64,000 nucleotides of DNA from Diplonema japonicum (taxonomy: Eukaryota; Protista; Euglenozoa: Diplonemea): NCBI GenBank assembly GCA_964019335.1, contig OZ025673.1:124001-188000 (forward strand). Reading direction: 5' to 3'. Below are positions 10,801-21,079 of the stretch, piece after piece. Positions within the stretch are counted from its first letter, which is position 1. Each line of letters opens with the position of its first letter. The notes beneath the pieces were generated by a model. That model was not told the origin of the DNA. It worked only from the letters and a program-made list of their open reading frames with translations, and did not search any database. A program made the position numbers and the translations under genes.

Positions 10801-13800
10801 TCGTTGTCGTCGTCCTCGTCCATCCACTTCTCCTGCACCTCCTGCACCTGACGAGAAGGCCATTCCTTCGCCGTCACCTTCTGCGCTTGCACCGGCTTCA
10901 CTGACCTCGCCATTCGCGCCACCTGCACCCATGTTGATGATGCTGCCTCCTTCTGGGGAGTTTGCTCCCCCCCCTTGGGAGGGGACCCAGGGCCACCACG
11001 TGGAGGTTCCCCAGCCATCTTTGATTGCGATTATTTTGATTAATTCCAACCCAAATTACCAGCCCCTTGAAAAAAAAAGAAAAATACATACTTCTTGATG
11101 TGATGATGGACTCCAGCTGCTGGATATCCTTCTCGGAATCAGTTGTCTTATGTTTTATTTCTTTTTTCCTTTCCCCCCGTTTTCCATACCACTTCGAAAG
11201 CAGGAGGCCCAAGGAACCAAGATGCTTGCGTTGCGTGAATATTCTCCACCTTAACAGCCCCGTGCACGTACGAACTCTGTGTTGGAAGGTGGTGTAAAGG
11301 AAGAAAAGAACGTACCTCATGCAATTTCTGCAACACCTTCCTGACGCCTTCGCCGCACACATCGGCATTCCCAGACGGCGAGTCAGCGCTACTCAACTCA
11401 GGGCCCGCAATTTTGAATACAACCTTTTTTTTTTTTATATTTTTCTTTTTTTATATATCCTTCCTTTCATACCCACATGGACTCCCCGTGCACGTCGCAC
11501 CCATAGGCTGTGGGAGTCACCACGGAGGGCAGCCTGTGAATATTCTCTTCGGTTCGGTTCAGATATTACATACTCCTGCGACATGTTTGCTGCCATGTCC
11601 GCAAAGGCCACAAGCCTGTGTGCACCTTCCGACGCTGCCGTTGTCAGTGCAACATGCGTGTTTTTCGTCTTTTCTTTCTTGAAGTAAGGCGACGGCGAGT
11701 GCCAAGCCAGCTCCGTTGAGGGCACTGGGATGGTAATATTGCCATTCTGTGGTGCTGTGTTGCTGCTGTGGCGGCATACCTCCCTGGCGGGTACTGGTGT
11801 GGTGTGGCTCACCCCCGTCATGAGCAGCAGGTTGTTGCTTGCACCTGCAGGAAGCTTGATGCCATTCGTAATGAACCTGTTGCCCACCAAGGTAGCGTCG
11901 CCCTCCACAGTTGTGTGCACCAGCGTGCACTCTGTCATTGTCGCGCCCTTCTCCAGTGTCACTTTGCAGTCGAGGAGCGTGCAGCTCTTGACCTCCACAC
12001 CTGCAGGCACCTTCAGCTCTGTCTTGTTGAACTCCACCCTCTCGCAGCTCACGCCCTGCAGAGCCGCAAGGTCCAGCTCACCGCCCAGGTATGTTACGCA
12101 CACCCTGCTCATCTGCGGGGCCTCCTTCAACGCAGCCAGAAGCTCCTCAGAGCTGTTGCACACCGCTGCGTCAGGTACCGGGCACTCCGCAAGTGGCTTC
12201 GACAGCACCTGCCGTTCAACGTGGCCTTTTCTTTTAACTCATACCTCAGCTGCAACGCGCAGGGAGCTGAACCTCCCGGGCAGGCTGGTCTGCTTCTTGC
12301 TGCTGCTTGGTTCCAGCAGCTCCTCGGCAGCCTCATCTGCTTCATCTTCGGCGACCCACTCCATGTGGCACTTCTGCCACGGGCCCTTGATCCTGCACAT
12401 TCCGTGCTCTCTCCCGTAGCCACTGTTAAAATGATTTTATTAAAGTCTACCACATACCGCCCGTAGTCAATCATGAGGGTCATGAGGTTCGAAGGCTGGA
12501 GCTTCTCAATCTTGTCAACGAAGGGGGGAAGCACCCTCTCCAGCTGGTTCCTGTCGCAGCATGCAGTGAGGAGGATGTGCTTCACGGGCAGAAGAAGGCA
12601 CGCGTCCAGAAGCTCCGGCTCAGGGGGGTCGTTCAGCTCGATGAGCAGGTTCTGAAGAGATGTTGTCTTGCCTGCCCTCATCGCCTGATTGGCAAGGACG
12701 GGAAGCACAGCGCGTAGGCCGCTGCCGGACTCCTTGTCCCTCATATCGCGGTGGATCTGGAGCTCCAGTGACACGATGTTGCGGTTGGACAGCACGATGT
12801 GGATGCACTCCCCGAGGAGAGGGGCGGACGCGGAAGTGATTCCCTTGAAGAAGACCCTGTTCACCTTCGAAGACTCCTGCGACGACAGGAAGTTGGCGAC
12901 ACCGCCGGCATCGACGATGGAGAGATCCGTGCACATCACCCTCACTTCCTCCGGCTTTGGCGCAGAGATGTTCTTCATGGGGGGGATGTACATAGTAGGC
13001 ACCCTCAGCTTCAAGCCCTCAATGTTGATGCTGCACAGCAGCTCCCTGCCCTCGTGACCAAGCTCCTCCTTGCACTTCACTTCAACCTCAACCAAAGGCG
13101 CCACGTACTGAGACCCGACCTTGTTCAGTGCAGCAGTGAGTTCCTTCGCCTCAGCGAGGTTGCGGACGGCCACCTTCAGCACGCTGCTCTGGCTCCTGGA
13201 GCGCAGGTGGTCAATCAGCTTCTGGAAGCCGTTCCACATGTCGTTTCCTGTTATCCAGCACATCTCCACCTGCTCGACACGCGGGGGAAGTGCGGCACCG
13301 ATCACCGCAATGCTGTCTCCGCCCAGTTCACAGTGGTTCAGCGACACCGTCTCCACCTCAGCCAGCTCGTCCACCTGCGCTTTGAACTCCGCAGCAATGG
13401 CGTACCCCATGTCCTTGGGTGCCTGCCTGCCGACCTCTTTAGCTGACAGCGACAGGTCAACGTGCCTCAGCTTCCCCCTCACAGCAGACCTAATGATCCT
13501 CCTCATCTTCCCCGTCAATACCTCCACAGGCCTTTCGTGCAGTCCAGCAGCCACATTCAAATCCATGGAAACAGCGGCCGGTGCCCCCCAGGGCTGCTTC
13601 CTCAGCCAGGAGCTGGACATAGACCACGAGGCAGTGGGCGAGAGCTCGTCACCCACCCTGTCCTGGGCGTTGGCAATAGACTCTGTGCTGTCAGCTGTCT
13701 TCAGCACCTCAGCGATGGCGTCGGACACGGCCTCGTGCAGGTTCTGAGGAAGTTAAAAAGCAAGTTAGCAACAACATACCACAAACACAGAGTTATCAGG

Positions 13801-15172
13801 GGCAATGTTTTTCTGGGGCTGCCAGTACCTTGCCGGCCTCGTGAAAGGAGTGGCCGAGCTCGACAGCGTGCTTTGCTGCAGGAAGCATGACGAGTGGTTC
13901 ATGGCATACCAGAGTTTTCGAAGGACCCTTCTGAAGGGTTAGCATCGAAGCCAGGTTGGGCAGGTCACTTTCATCCTTCTGCGCCTTTGGGCCCCACATG
14001 GACCTTCCCACCGTCTGCTCTTCCTCGCTTTTCTTCTCGGACTGAGGGTGCCACCCCATCCCGCTGAGACCAGCCAGCGGAGGGGGTCTGCCTCCTCTCG
14101 GGGGCATAGGCTGTTGGTGATGATGATGATGATGATGCTGGTGATGATGATGGTGGTGATGATGGTGATGATGATGATGATGCATGCCCATGTGGCCTCG
14201 CATCCCCTTACCACCCATCATGGTAGGGCTGGCGGTCTCAGCGTCGTTCCTGTAGTAGTCAATCATGGAGTCGATGACGTGCGCGAAGGCGCAGCCCTGC
14301 CCGAAGCTGCACGCCCCACTGTTGTGGTGGCGCTGGCACCAGCCCACGTGGCCGTGGTTGCGGAGATGTGCCTCGGCACGCTGAGTGAACCTCAAGTGGC
14401 TCTTTGGCACGTCCAGAGTCGTGCGCGGGTCGACCTGAAGCTTCACAAGCTGTTCGTCACCCATGTGATGATGATGGTGATGATGATGGTGATGGTGATG
14501 ATGATGATGATGGTGGTGGGGGTTGAAGCCGCCCATGCGGCGTCCCTCACCCTATGTTGTGTGTGTGTGTGATGCGAAACATACCGAGTACTCCTGGTTC
14601 ATGCTCATGGCCATAAGTCTCATCATTTCTGGGTTCACTGTGCCAGGGTCAACGCCCATTCGCAGCATGTTCATGGGGTTCGACACCATGAAGGGCGGTG
14701 TGGCTCTAGTCATTGGCGGAGTCCCTGCGAGGTCAGCGGGCATGTCGTCGGCCCATGCACCAACGTCGGTGTACATTTCAGCGAGGTCGCCTTGCGCACC
14801 CGCGATGAAGGGGGAGTTCGGCGCAGACCTTCTGCCCAGCGATGCTCTCCCGGTGCTAAGGAACTGGGGCGTGCGGAGGGGCATCAATCTTGCACTGCCT
14901 CCTATTATAGGCTGCTGGCTGGGCGACGCAGGCAAGCTGCGAGATCCCAGGTCCAGCATTTCGTTATCCCACACTCCACGCATAGGCCCTGCTGCGGGGG
15001 TCACAGCGTACGAGTCCCTTACTCTGGCAGTTTTCGTCTGGGCTGCCTGTCCAGGGCTCTTCAAAAGTGCCGACGGCAACTCTTTCTCGGCCCCCTCCCC
15101 CTTGTCTTCCACGCTGGAGCTCCTCCCGTTGGCACCACCCTTCCCTCCTCTACCCCGCCATCCAGTTGACAT
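4851..15172 (-). CDS. Multi-exon host gene: low-complexity N-terminus, poly-His tracts around a CCCH zinc finger, RNI-like LRR region, beta-helix-like region, degenerate kinase-like C-terminus; last intron contains the LINE
   Basis: ORFs 14552-15172, 13796-14536, 12127-13728, 11435-12208 and 11148-11396 join in frame via GT-AG introns, e.g. 14552-14584 (33 nt), 13744-13828 (85), 12423-12457 (35), 12209-12244 (36). CCCH motif CQRHHNSGACSFGQGCAFAH; kinase-like LQKLHE/SSYVHGAVKVENI. Final donor GTATGT at 11091 and acceptor CCCACAG ending 4862 give ...ITSRTAK-stop (TAA 4851-4853). Confidence 0.75.
4945..9260 (-). CDS. LINE ORF2: 2A-like peptide, AP endonuclease, reverse transcriptase, CCHC zf-RVT finger, unknown C-terminal domain
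   Basis: APE motifs STVNVASL, ICTQET, ISIYCP, VVGDFN, TRIDRIL, TDH. RT motifs SAAGIDGW, HRPITV, QYGFR, LDFAKCFDSV, GILQGCPIS, YADD. Finger CDIC...HALWEC. True start uncertain; the frame is formally open up to 11049. Confidence 0.92.
9175..9237 (-). other. 2A-like (StopGo/ribosome-skipping) motif SEEEEDFARLTAQGIHPNPGP
   Basis: NPG|P ends immediately before the first APE strand (NMYVSTVN), the position known for 2A sequences in APE-type LINEs. Deviates from the D(V/I)ExNPGP consensus. Confidence 0.65.
9261..11018 (-). CDS. LINE ORF1 (585 aa): RRM-like region, small YxxxEFxxxYG..W module, coiled coil, SPK[RK] repeats, C-terminal Cys/His finger
   Basis: ATG 11018 lies ~50 nt inside the element. 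KFDLHSVPRGITGEQVQGLLRNNGW is RRM-like; LVTKLQSEVDRLKDALRKV is coiled-coil-like; C-terminal H-x-CGSC-x-C-x4-C-x4-CVSC. Confidence 0.85.
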   Translation of the reverse strand: MAGEPPRGGPGSPPKGGEQTPQKEAASSTWVQVARMARSVKPVQAQKVTAKEWPSRQVQEVQEKWMDEDDDNDSSSSSTIVLRAIWWRAASGEDGWAKVQADAKNETVKALKALGVTLRGISEPRGEAWKGQLTKLDLLVYVAANEEGKAKQAGAGGLFVEDRRRKREKQPPLWLRTWDVAAARGIGGPTATLTSNGRGLGLVQDGNLDSDDARHKAQEAGLLVGTGAGRKFDLHSVPRGITGEQVQGLLRNNGWKDATVIRVIPKKGRQLAVVQSAGQPPFGEVQVGEHRMALTAAWKQQPLQMVVAKGETRKDPNENCDTRYSKPEFLCFYGKNKGEEYWAAADPEKLQEREQKDATADTTTEQKKKKTKKPQKQEQQQQQQQQQKDTTINATELEQYKMLVTKLQSEVDRLKDALRKVARRAMENRAATTPAATTSAASPKRQRSGTPEQNTETPTAKKKPATAAAAGAVSPKKTSTNTNTNKAASPKRQRSQTPSPSPSPKKPDPSSPGHRKPTTSSEGKLQGKEKKKQKVHVHAWSATYQASQGQCGSCHGQLKGRRARVCAMENCRREQCVSCIGNLPN

Positions 15173-15268
15173 GTCAAATCTTCGGTTTCCCTGAATGATG
15201 ATGAAAAACGTGCATAAAAAGTTTACAAAACTACATATGAGAGATGGTTGTGTAAATGAAGCTACAAA

Positions 15269-18181
15269 CTACAAGAAACGATCTACAAGGGGCGCAATAA
15301 GGGGGTCATCTGTGCGGAGTACCCATTGCACAGCAGGGTGCCTGGCAACCGAAGACACATGTTCTGCTGGGAGGGCAAGGTAAGTATCAATGACGGCTTC
15401 TCTGCTGTGCAGTGTGCCTCTTACCCAGATGTCCATTGTGAAGCGGACAAACGGCTCAACGTCGAAGTTGGAGAGCTTGTCTTCAAGAGATGCTTTCTTG
15501 AAGAGCCCAAGTACAAGCAGCTCATCTTCAGTTGTGAAGTACGGGTTAAGAGTGGCAAAGTGTGGCACTGATATGTTCGGGAATTGCAGATATTTATGCT
15601 CTGCTACGAGTAGCCTCAGGATAGCAGTGTTCACGCTCTTCCTCACCTTCACCACGTTGTCCCTCAAGACAGGGTCGCAAAACACTGCAACGAGTGTCGT
15701 CAGGCATGCTTTGCAGGGTAGCCCCACTTGCCCCAGAACCTCCAGTGTGTACAAAAGACATTCCACTGCATTTGCGCCCTCCCCTATACCCCTCAAGGAA
15801 CTCTCAGTACAGTACCAAGCGTACTGCGACACCACCTCGTCACCTTCTTCCAGGCATGGCAGTGCTAGCGCAATCTTAAGGATAGGTATCCTGACACTTT
15901 GCATGCCACTCAGCATGCACCCGTGCAGCAGGGACACATACGACGCAGGCACCCTATGGTGCCTGACGTGCTCTGTGACAGCACCGTGCGCGATGCAGTA
16001 CAGTGGGAGGTGGTCTGTGATCGACGCTCTCTTCAGTAGGTCGTAGGCTAAGGTAGGCTGTGCTTTAGTAGCAGAAGCAACTGCAAGGTCATGGCTAGTG
16101 GTCCATGAAGACGGCGTGATGTTGTCGAGGAGAAAACTAGTGGCACACGAGAAGCCATGGTAAGAAAACAGCCAGGCAAGGACTGTCTTAGAAGGAAGAA
16201 CACCCTGCGTACAGCGATAAGTTTCCAGAACGCTGTTAACCGATTGTTCATCAGGGCACGTACCGCACCTCTCCTTGCTCCTTGCCATTACCTCTAGCAG
16301 CGACTGAACTAAGTGCTGGAATAAGCTGTTGTCCACCTCTACCTTGGCGGCACCTCGTACGTCCTCAGCCAAACCTTTGATTCTCCTTTCCACCTCCCCT
16401 AGCACCACCTCGTTGCTATATATCAAATCAAACAGCACGACATCCACTGCTGCAACAGTCTCCTCTAGCGGGTAGAGCGTGCGCATGCTTTCTAACACTT
16501 CGTCCTCCCTCAAGAGGTTCCTGCCAGCCTTCCACAAATCCGATGAGTGCTCCGACAAGCTCAATAGCTTGCTGAACGCACCCGACGTTATGGCAAAGGC
16601 TTCTTTCGGAAGGTGTAGAGGCAACCCCATGATGACAGGAAGGAGCACAGGTGCAATGAGCAGAAAGGTGTCGCAGCACAGTGTGTTATCTGCCAGTGAA
16701 ATCAGCGAGTACACAGCCTCTTGTGTGGTTGGTATGTGAGAGAGGAGGTGGGGGTGAGAAGTCAAGGTTTCAATGACGAGAGGGGCGTGGTGTGGACTTT
16801 CAGAGGCAGCGTCTAGGAGAGAAAGGACAGTTCCAACAAGGTGCTCAGTGGGGCTGCGGAACGAACAAAAAGCTTGCACCGCGCTAGTGAACATCTCGGT
16901 CACATCGAAGTTGCCTTGCAGAGCAGGGCAGCAGCTCATAGCCTGCAACCCTTCGGCAACGATGTCCTCGTCGCTCTCTTGTTCGTCCTCACTGCCAAGC
17001 ACCACCATCTGAAGTAGCGTTACCACCTTCTTCCCGACACCGTCCCGCATGAGCGGACTCTCTAAAGTGCTCAGCGAGTACAGCAACGCACCCAACGTCT
17101 TCACAGTGGCAAGCATCAGTTGCTTGTCATGCTTGGAAACTGCTGTGAAGGCATGTTCAAGAACTACGTCGAGGCTGTGGAATATGGTCATCGAGCTCTG
17201 TACTGACGCTGTCGTGTGTAGAACGTTGATAAGCTCACATGTCTTGACTGTGAGCTGTGCGTCGTCAGTGGATAGGCACTCAAGAAGGTAGTGCGGAAGG
17301 GGCGTACCGCTTAACACGTCTGTGCACTCGTAACGCTCACACAGAATTGTGAGGAAATGCACCAAAGCCTTTTGAAGCAATACATTGGGTGTAACGAGGA
17401 GCTTGGAGACGCTCTTCAGGAAGTCGTGGTCCGCAATAGGAAGGTGCATGATGAGGCAGGGGCTCTGAGCACAGGCATTGAGAAAGGCGACAAGGTTGAT
17501 GAGAAGCGAGGGGTGCGTCCGTCCCATGACCTGACTGAGGAACCTGCGTACCTCATGTGCGTATGTTTCGTGAAAGGCTTTGGCACCGCTGCTTTGCGTC
17601 ATCTTGAGGAAGATGTAAAGGAGCTTGGCTTGAACATCCTCAGGTGGGGACTCAGGTGGCTCCACGGCACGCCAAAGCCCGACAAGGACACCACTGTGAA
17701 CGGAAAGCACATCGCAGACTTCAGGAAGTTCTGAGAGAACCGTGGACAGCAAGCTGATAACTACATGCGATGGGGTTGAAAGTGAAGCAGAGAGGAGCGA
17801 CGCAAAGTGCCTTGTTGTGACAAGCGAAGGGTACCTGCATGCGATGAGAGACAGCACTTCTTCGTAGTGAGCAAGTGTGGTGGTTTCAAGGCCTGCGGAG
17901 GCGGTCCTCATGATGTCCGTGAGTATCTTTTTGCCGAAGACGCCCTTTAATGCAACAGAAGACACCTCATAAACAGACAAAACCTGTAGAAGACAGACTC
18001 CGGTTGCCTTTCCTTCGACACCACCCCTTCCCATTATCGCAATGGCGCACATCAAACAGCACATTCTCCCTCCCCTCCTCTCTTGCACCCAGCAGTGCTC
18101 CGCCTCCTCCCTACTGTGCAAACCTTCTTCATGGCAAGCTACTACCTCGTCCACATACCCAACGAAGCACTCGCTCCGCAT
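15269..18181 (-). CDS. MEI1: ARM/HEAT-like protein, probable MEI1/PRD1 (meiotic double-strand-break factor) homolog
   Basis: 970-aa helical ORF. N-terminal H..W....GGRMCCLMCAI resembles the MEI1/PRD1 CLxC motif. SKLLVTPNVLLQKALVHFL...PLPHYLLECLSTDDAQLTVKTCELINVL resembles a conserved MEI1 block as recalled from memory. Confidence 0.6.
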   Translation of the reverse strand: MRSECFVGYVDEVVACHEEGLHSREEAEHCWVQERRGGRMCCLMCAIAIMGRGGVEGKATGVCLLQVLSVYEVSSVALKGVFGKKILTDIMRTASAGLETTTLAHYEEVLSLIACRYPSLVTTRHFASLLSASLSTPSHVVISLLSTVLSELPEVCDVLSVHSGVLVGLWRAVEPPESPPEDVQAKLLYIFLKMTQSSGAKAFHETYAHEVRRFLSQVMGRTHPSLLINLVAFLNACAQSPCLIMHLPIADHDFLKSVSKLLVTPNVLLQKALVHFLTILCERYECTDVLSGTPLPHYLLECLSTDDAQLTVKTCELINVLHTTASVQSSMTIFHSLDVVLEHAFTAVSKHDKQLMLATVKTLGALLYSLSTLESPLMRDGVGKKVVTLLQMVVLGSEDEQESDEDIVAEGLQAMSCCPALQGNFDVTEMFTSAVQAFCSFRSPTEHLVGTVLSLLDAASESPHHAPLVIETLTSHPHLLSHIPTTQEAVYSLISLADNTLCCDTFLLIAPVLLPVIMGLPLHLPKEAFAITSGAFSKLLSLSEHSSDLWKAGRNLLREDEVLESMRTLYPLEETVAAVDVVLFDLIYSNEVVLGEVERRIKGLAEDVRGAAKVEVDNSLFQHLVQSLLEVMARSKERCGTCPDEQSVNSVLETYRCTQGVLPSKTVLAWLFSYHGFSCATSFLLDNITPSSWTTSHDLAVASATKAQPTLAYDLLKRASITDHLPLYCIAHGAVTEHVRHHRVPASYVSLLHGCMLSGMQSVRIPILKIALALPCLEEGDEVVSQYAWYCTESSLRGIGEGANAVECLLYTLEVLGQVGLPCKACLTTLVAVFCDPVLRDNVVKVRKSVNTAILRLLVAEHKYLQFPNISVPHFATLNPYFTTEDELLVLGLFKKASLEDKLSNFDVEPFVRFTMDIWVRGTLHSREAVIDTYLALPAEHVSSVARHPAVQWVLRTDDPLIAPLVDRFL

Positions 18182-18629
18182 CGTGGACCTGGTGTGGTTT
18201 TCATTCTGTTCTTTTTTGTTTTTTTCTTCTTCCAGAAAGGGGCCAAAATACTCAAATAAAAACGAGAGAACATTGGTACATCTAAAGAAAGTTTATCTTA
18301 TTTTTTTTTTTTTACAGGGGGGCGGGAGTGGACAGACGTATTAACCCTTCAAAACAAAAGGAAGGGGGAGAAAGGGTTAAACGAAATATAACATTGCTTA
18401 ATTAGAAAAAGGAGTAACATGCGGAGCAAAAAGTACAACGGGGAGTAAATGGAAAAGAAAATTACTAGTGGGGGGGGGGGGAGAGAGAGAGAGAGAGAGT
18501 TTTTTCGCTTTATTATTACATTATATTATGGGAAAACCCCCCCCCAAAAAAAGAGAGAAAAACGGGGAAGTGAACGACTCTATTACTTTTACAACGTGCT
18601 CCGTTGTCGCTGCTCGCTTACCATCTTAT

Positions 18630-20879
18630 TCAGAATTTCTGCGCAAAAGATATAAAGTGGTCGGGGTTCGCAGGTGTGCAAAGCTTATAAAGCTTAATGA
18701 CAGCCGCAGCAGCAGATGGAGCGAGGCTGGTTTGCAGCTCGGAGAGGGTAACAAACTCAAGGTGGCGGCTAGAGTATTATATTTCTTTTTTATTCTTATT
18801 ATTCTCATACCTGGTCTTCACTCCAAGGTCCCGCAGGTTGCTTGCTTCTTCCGCAGTGGCACCACATGCCTTCAGATCCCGAGCGAATTGTGTTTTCGGT
18901 GAAACAGGGGCCTCAGGCTCGCATAAAGGCTCGACTGTCCTCGGGGGCGACAGCACCAGGTCTTCTAGAGACTTTTCATTGTTGCGATTTTCCGGAGAAG
19001 ATGGCGACAGGTCCACTGTGCACACGTAGTCCTGCAGGGCAGAGCGCAGGTTCACTTCTTGGGACGACTGTCTTCGAGGGGTCCCTGCTGCCAGCGAGAC
19101 AGAGTACTTGACCCCCTTAGGCGATCCACTGGTTTGCGGTGCAACAGACTCTTCTACCCCCTCGTCTTCCATCCTCCTGCTCTCCCTCTCCCGCACCCTC
19201 TCGAGCATCGACTTCAGCGATATTGCCGAGTCCGCCTCTGAGCGCTTTGCCCTCGAAAGCCGCATCATTTCCGCCAGCGAATCTTTCCTGTCCTCCTTAA
19301 TCGACTCCCCCAGATCCTTCCCGAAGTTCGTGTCGAAGCTGTCATCAACTTGCGGCACCACCGGTGCTGGGCTCATGCTCTCCATGCACATCGGCACCCT
19401 GCGCTTCTTCTTCGGGCTCGGCGTGTACGGGGACGCTGTGCGCGTGCTCACAGGCAAAACCGGCTCCTCCTCCTGCTGGGTGCCCTTTTGCGACAGACGT
19501 GTGAAAATTGTGTCCACCTGCACCAAGGAGAGCTTCTCCTTCACGGGGGATGGAGACTTGGTGGGAGTGCAAGCTTCGGGAGTGCGATCTTCAGGATTGG
19601 CGAAAGTCTTGGGAGGCGTGGTGAAGGGCTCGAAGGTGCTCGAAGGGCGCTTAGAGACGGCTTTCTCGATGAGGTGCTGGACGACTTCTTTGATGCAGGG
19701 GTGCGGTGCCTGCGCGATCATGTCGCAAAACATCTGCAGCTGCAGGACGCTGAAGGGGACCACGTCGGATAGTTCGGAGATCGTGGTATCCGACACGAAG
19801 CTGGGCGGCAGGTGGGTCACTTCAACGAGACAGCCTGTGTCAAGTGCAGCCCTCTGTATAGCATTGAGCAACGACTCTGCTTCGGGGTGCACGTTCCTGT
19901 AGTCCTCGACGAGTGTGACATTGATGAGCTCCTCGTCCTCATCACCAGGGTGCACTGTGACCTGCACACCCTGCTCGTTTCGGTGGGCTTCGATGCTGTG
20001 CATGTGAGGGTACCGAAGCATGCGCTTCACATTGCCGTCGAAGTCACATAGCACGAGCACCTCACAGCACACCACCATGACCCGTTTGACCTCGCCCTTG
20101 CTGGTCACGTGGTTCACCACTCTGAGGAACATAGCGCCAAGTTCGTCAAAGGCGCTCTTCTCTGCAAAGGATTCGTGCATCGCACAGACGGTCGTGTGCC
20201 TCACAGGCGAAGGAAGCCGCCAAGCATCGGACTCACCACTCTTGATGAGGTCGGACACCTGTCCCCTGAGGCCTTCCTTCACTTTTTCGATATCGCGACG
20301 GACCCTGTGCAGAACGAGAAGCTGTTTGCTGCGTTTGGGGGAGTGGTCACGAACGGGGTGCAGTTTGTCCTCCATGCCAGGGATCTTCCAGAGAGGTGCT
20401 GCTGAGGCATCGGGCGAGTCGTCGAAGTTGACGGTGGTGCTTACTGAGATACCAAGGGCATCGGCGTCGATGGTGGGCATGGGGATGCGGAAGGTGCGTG
20501 TTTTGTGGTGTTGCAAGACTTCTATAAGCTTGATGACGTCTTTCACCTCACGCGAGGGCTCGATCTCGAGGAGAACGTCGGTCGCTTTGGAAATCTGTGG
20601 GCAGCCTCGCAGGGATATCAGGTTCTTCTTCTTCGAATACACAGCAGAGTCCACTTCAGACAACCGCATGTACTTGATGACCTCCCCCTGCTCGGTCCCG
20701 ATGGAGACGCTCTCAGTCGTGACCATCACCAACACACGCGACCCTTCGCTGTCGTGGCTGTTGTAGTACTTTGCCTTGTTGAGCACGACAGGCGTCTTCC
20801 CATACACCTCGAACATCCCTTTGCACGTGTGGATCATGCTCGGCGGCCGTGATTTGGACGAGGGGGCCGCAACCGGCAT
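18630..20879 (-). CDS. Hypothetical protein with two PH/myosin-TH1-like modules and a C-terminal SAM-like segment
   Basis: Start MPVAAP (20879). Modules SRVLVMVTTESVSIGTEQGEVIKYMRL and KRVMVVCCEVLVLCDFDGNVKRMLRY. A GT-AG intron near 18770-18810 leads to ...LRDLGVKTSRHLEFVTLSEL...QKF-stop. Confidence 0.7.
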
Positions 20880-21079
20880 TTTGTTTCGCTTCTTTGTTAA
20901 CACCTGGAGGGGATAAAAAAAAACAAAAATCAAGAGAAAACAAAAAAAAAAAAAACGGGGGTAATTTGTGCAAAGTCCGGGTTACCAGACTCTTTTGCAA
21001 GCAAAAAATAACAACGGCATCTTTTTACCACGTTGTGTCCTCTCCGTGTTGAGTCTGTCACATGTGCTCAGTTGTCGTA

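Larger units (their letters stand above)
4898..11069 (-). mobile_element. Apparently full-length APE-type non-LTR retrotransposon (LINE) with ORF1 and ORF2
   Basis: Two uninterrupted ORFs. Flanks on + are A8-G-A9-TA (4878-4897) and A9-G-A5-TA (11070-11086), a TSD-like duplication. 3' end ...GACTTCCTTTAACTCATA is shared with fragments at 29205 and 34575. Confidence 0.95.

Noticed and set aside
9261-11049. First ~600 aa of the 2034-aa ORF as a real protein overlapping ORF1
   Set aside because: It starts at TTG and reads as G/R/A-rich frame shadow; few ORF1 codons end in T, so -1 frame stops are rare. Recognisable domains begin only after NPGP.
11019-11069. HDV-like ribozyme or Pr77-type signature at the LINE 5' end
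   Set aside because: The 5' UTR is ~50 nt and AT-rich; I could not build the nested double pseudoknot.
12231-12244. Another LINE 3' stub (TTTAACTCATA)
   Set aside because: An 11-nt match in the opposite orientation, explained as an intron donor GTATGAGTTAAAAG.
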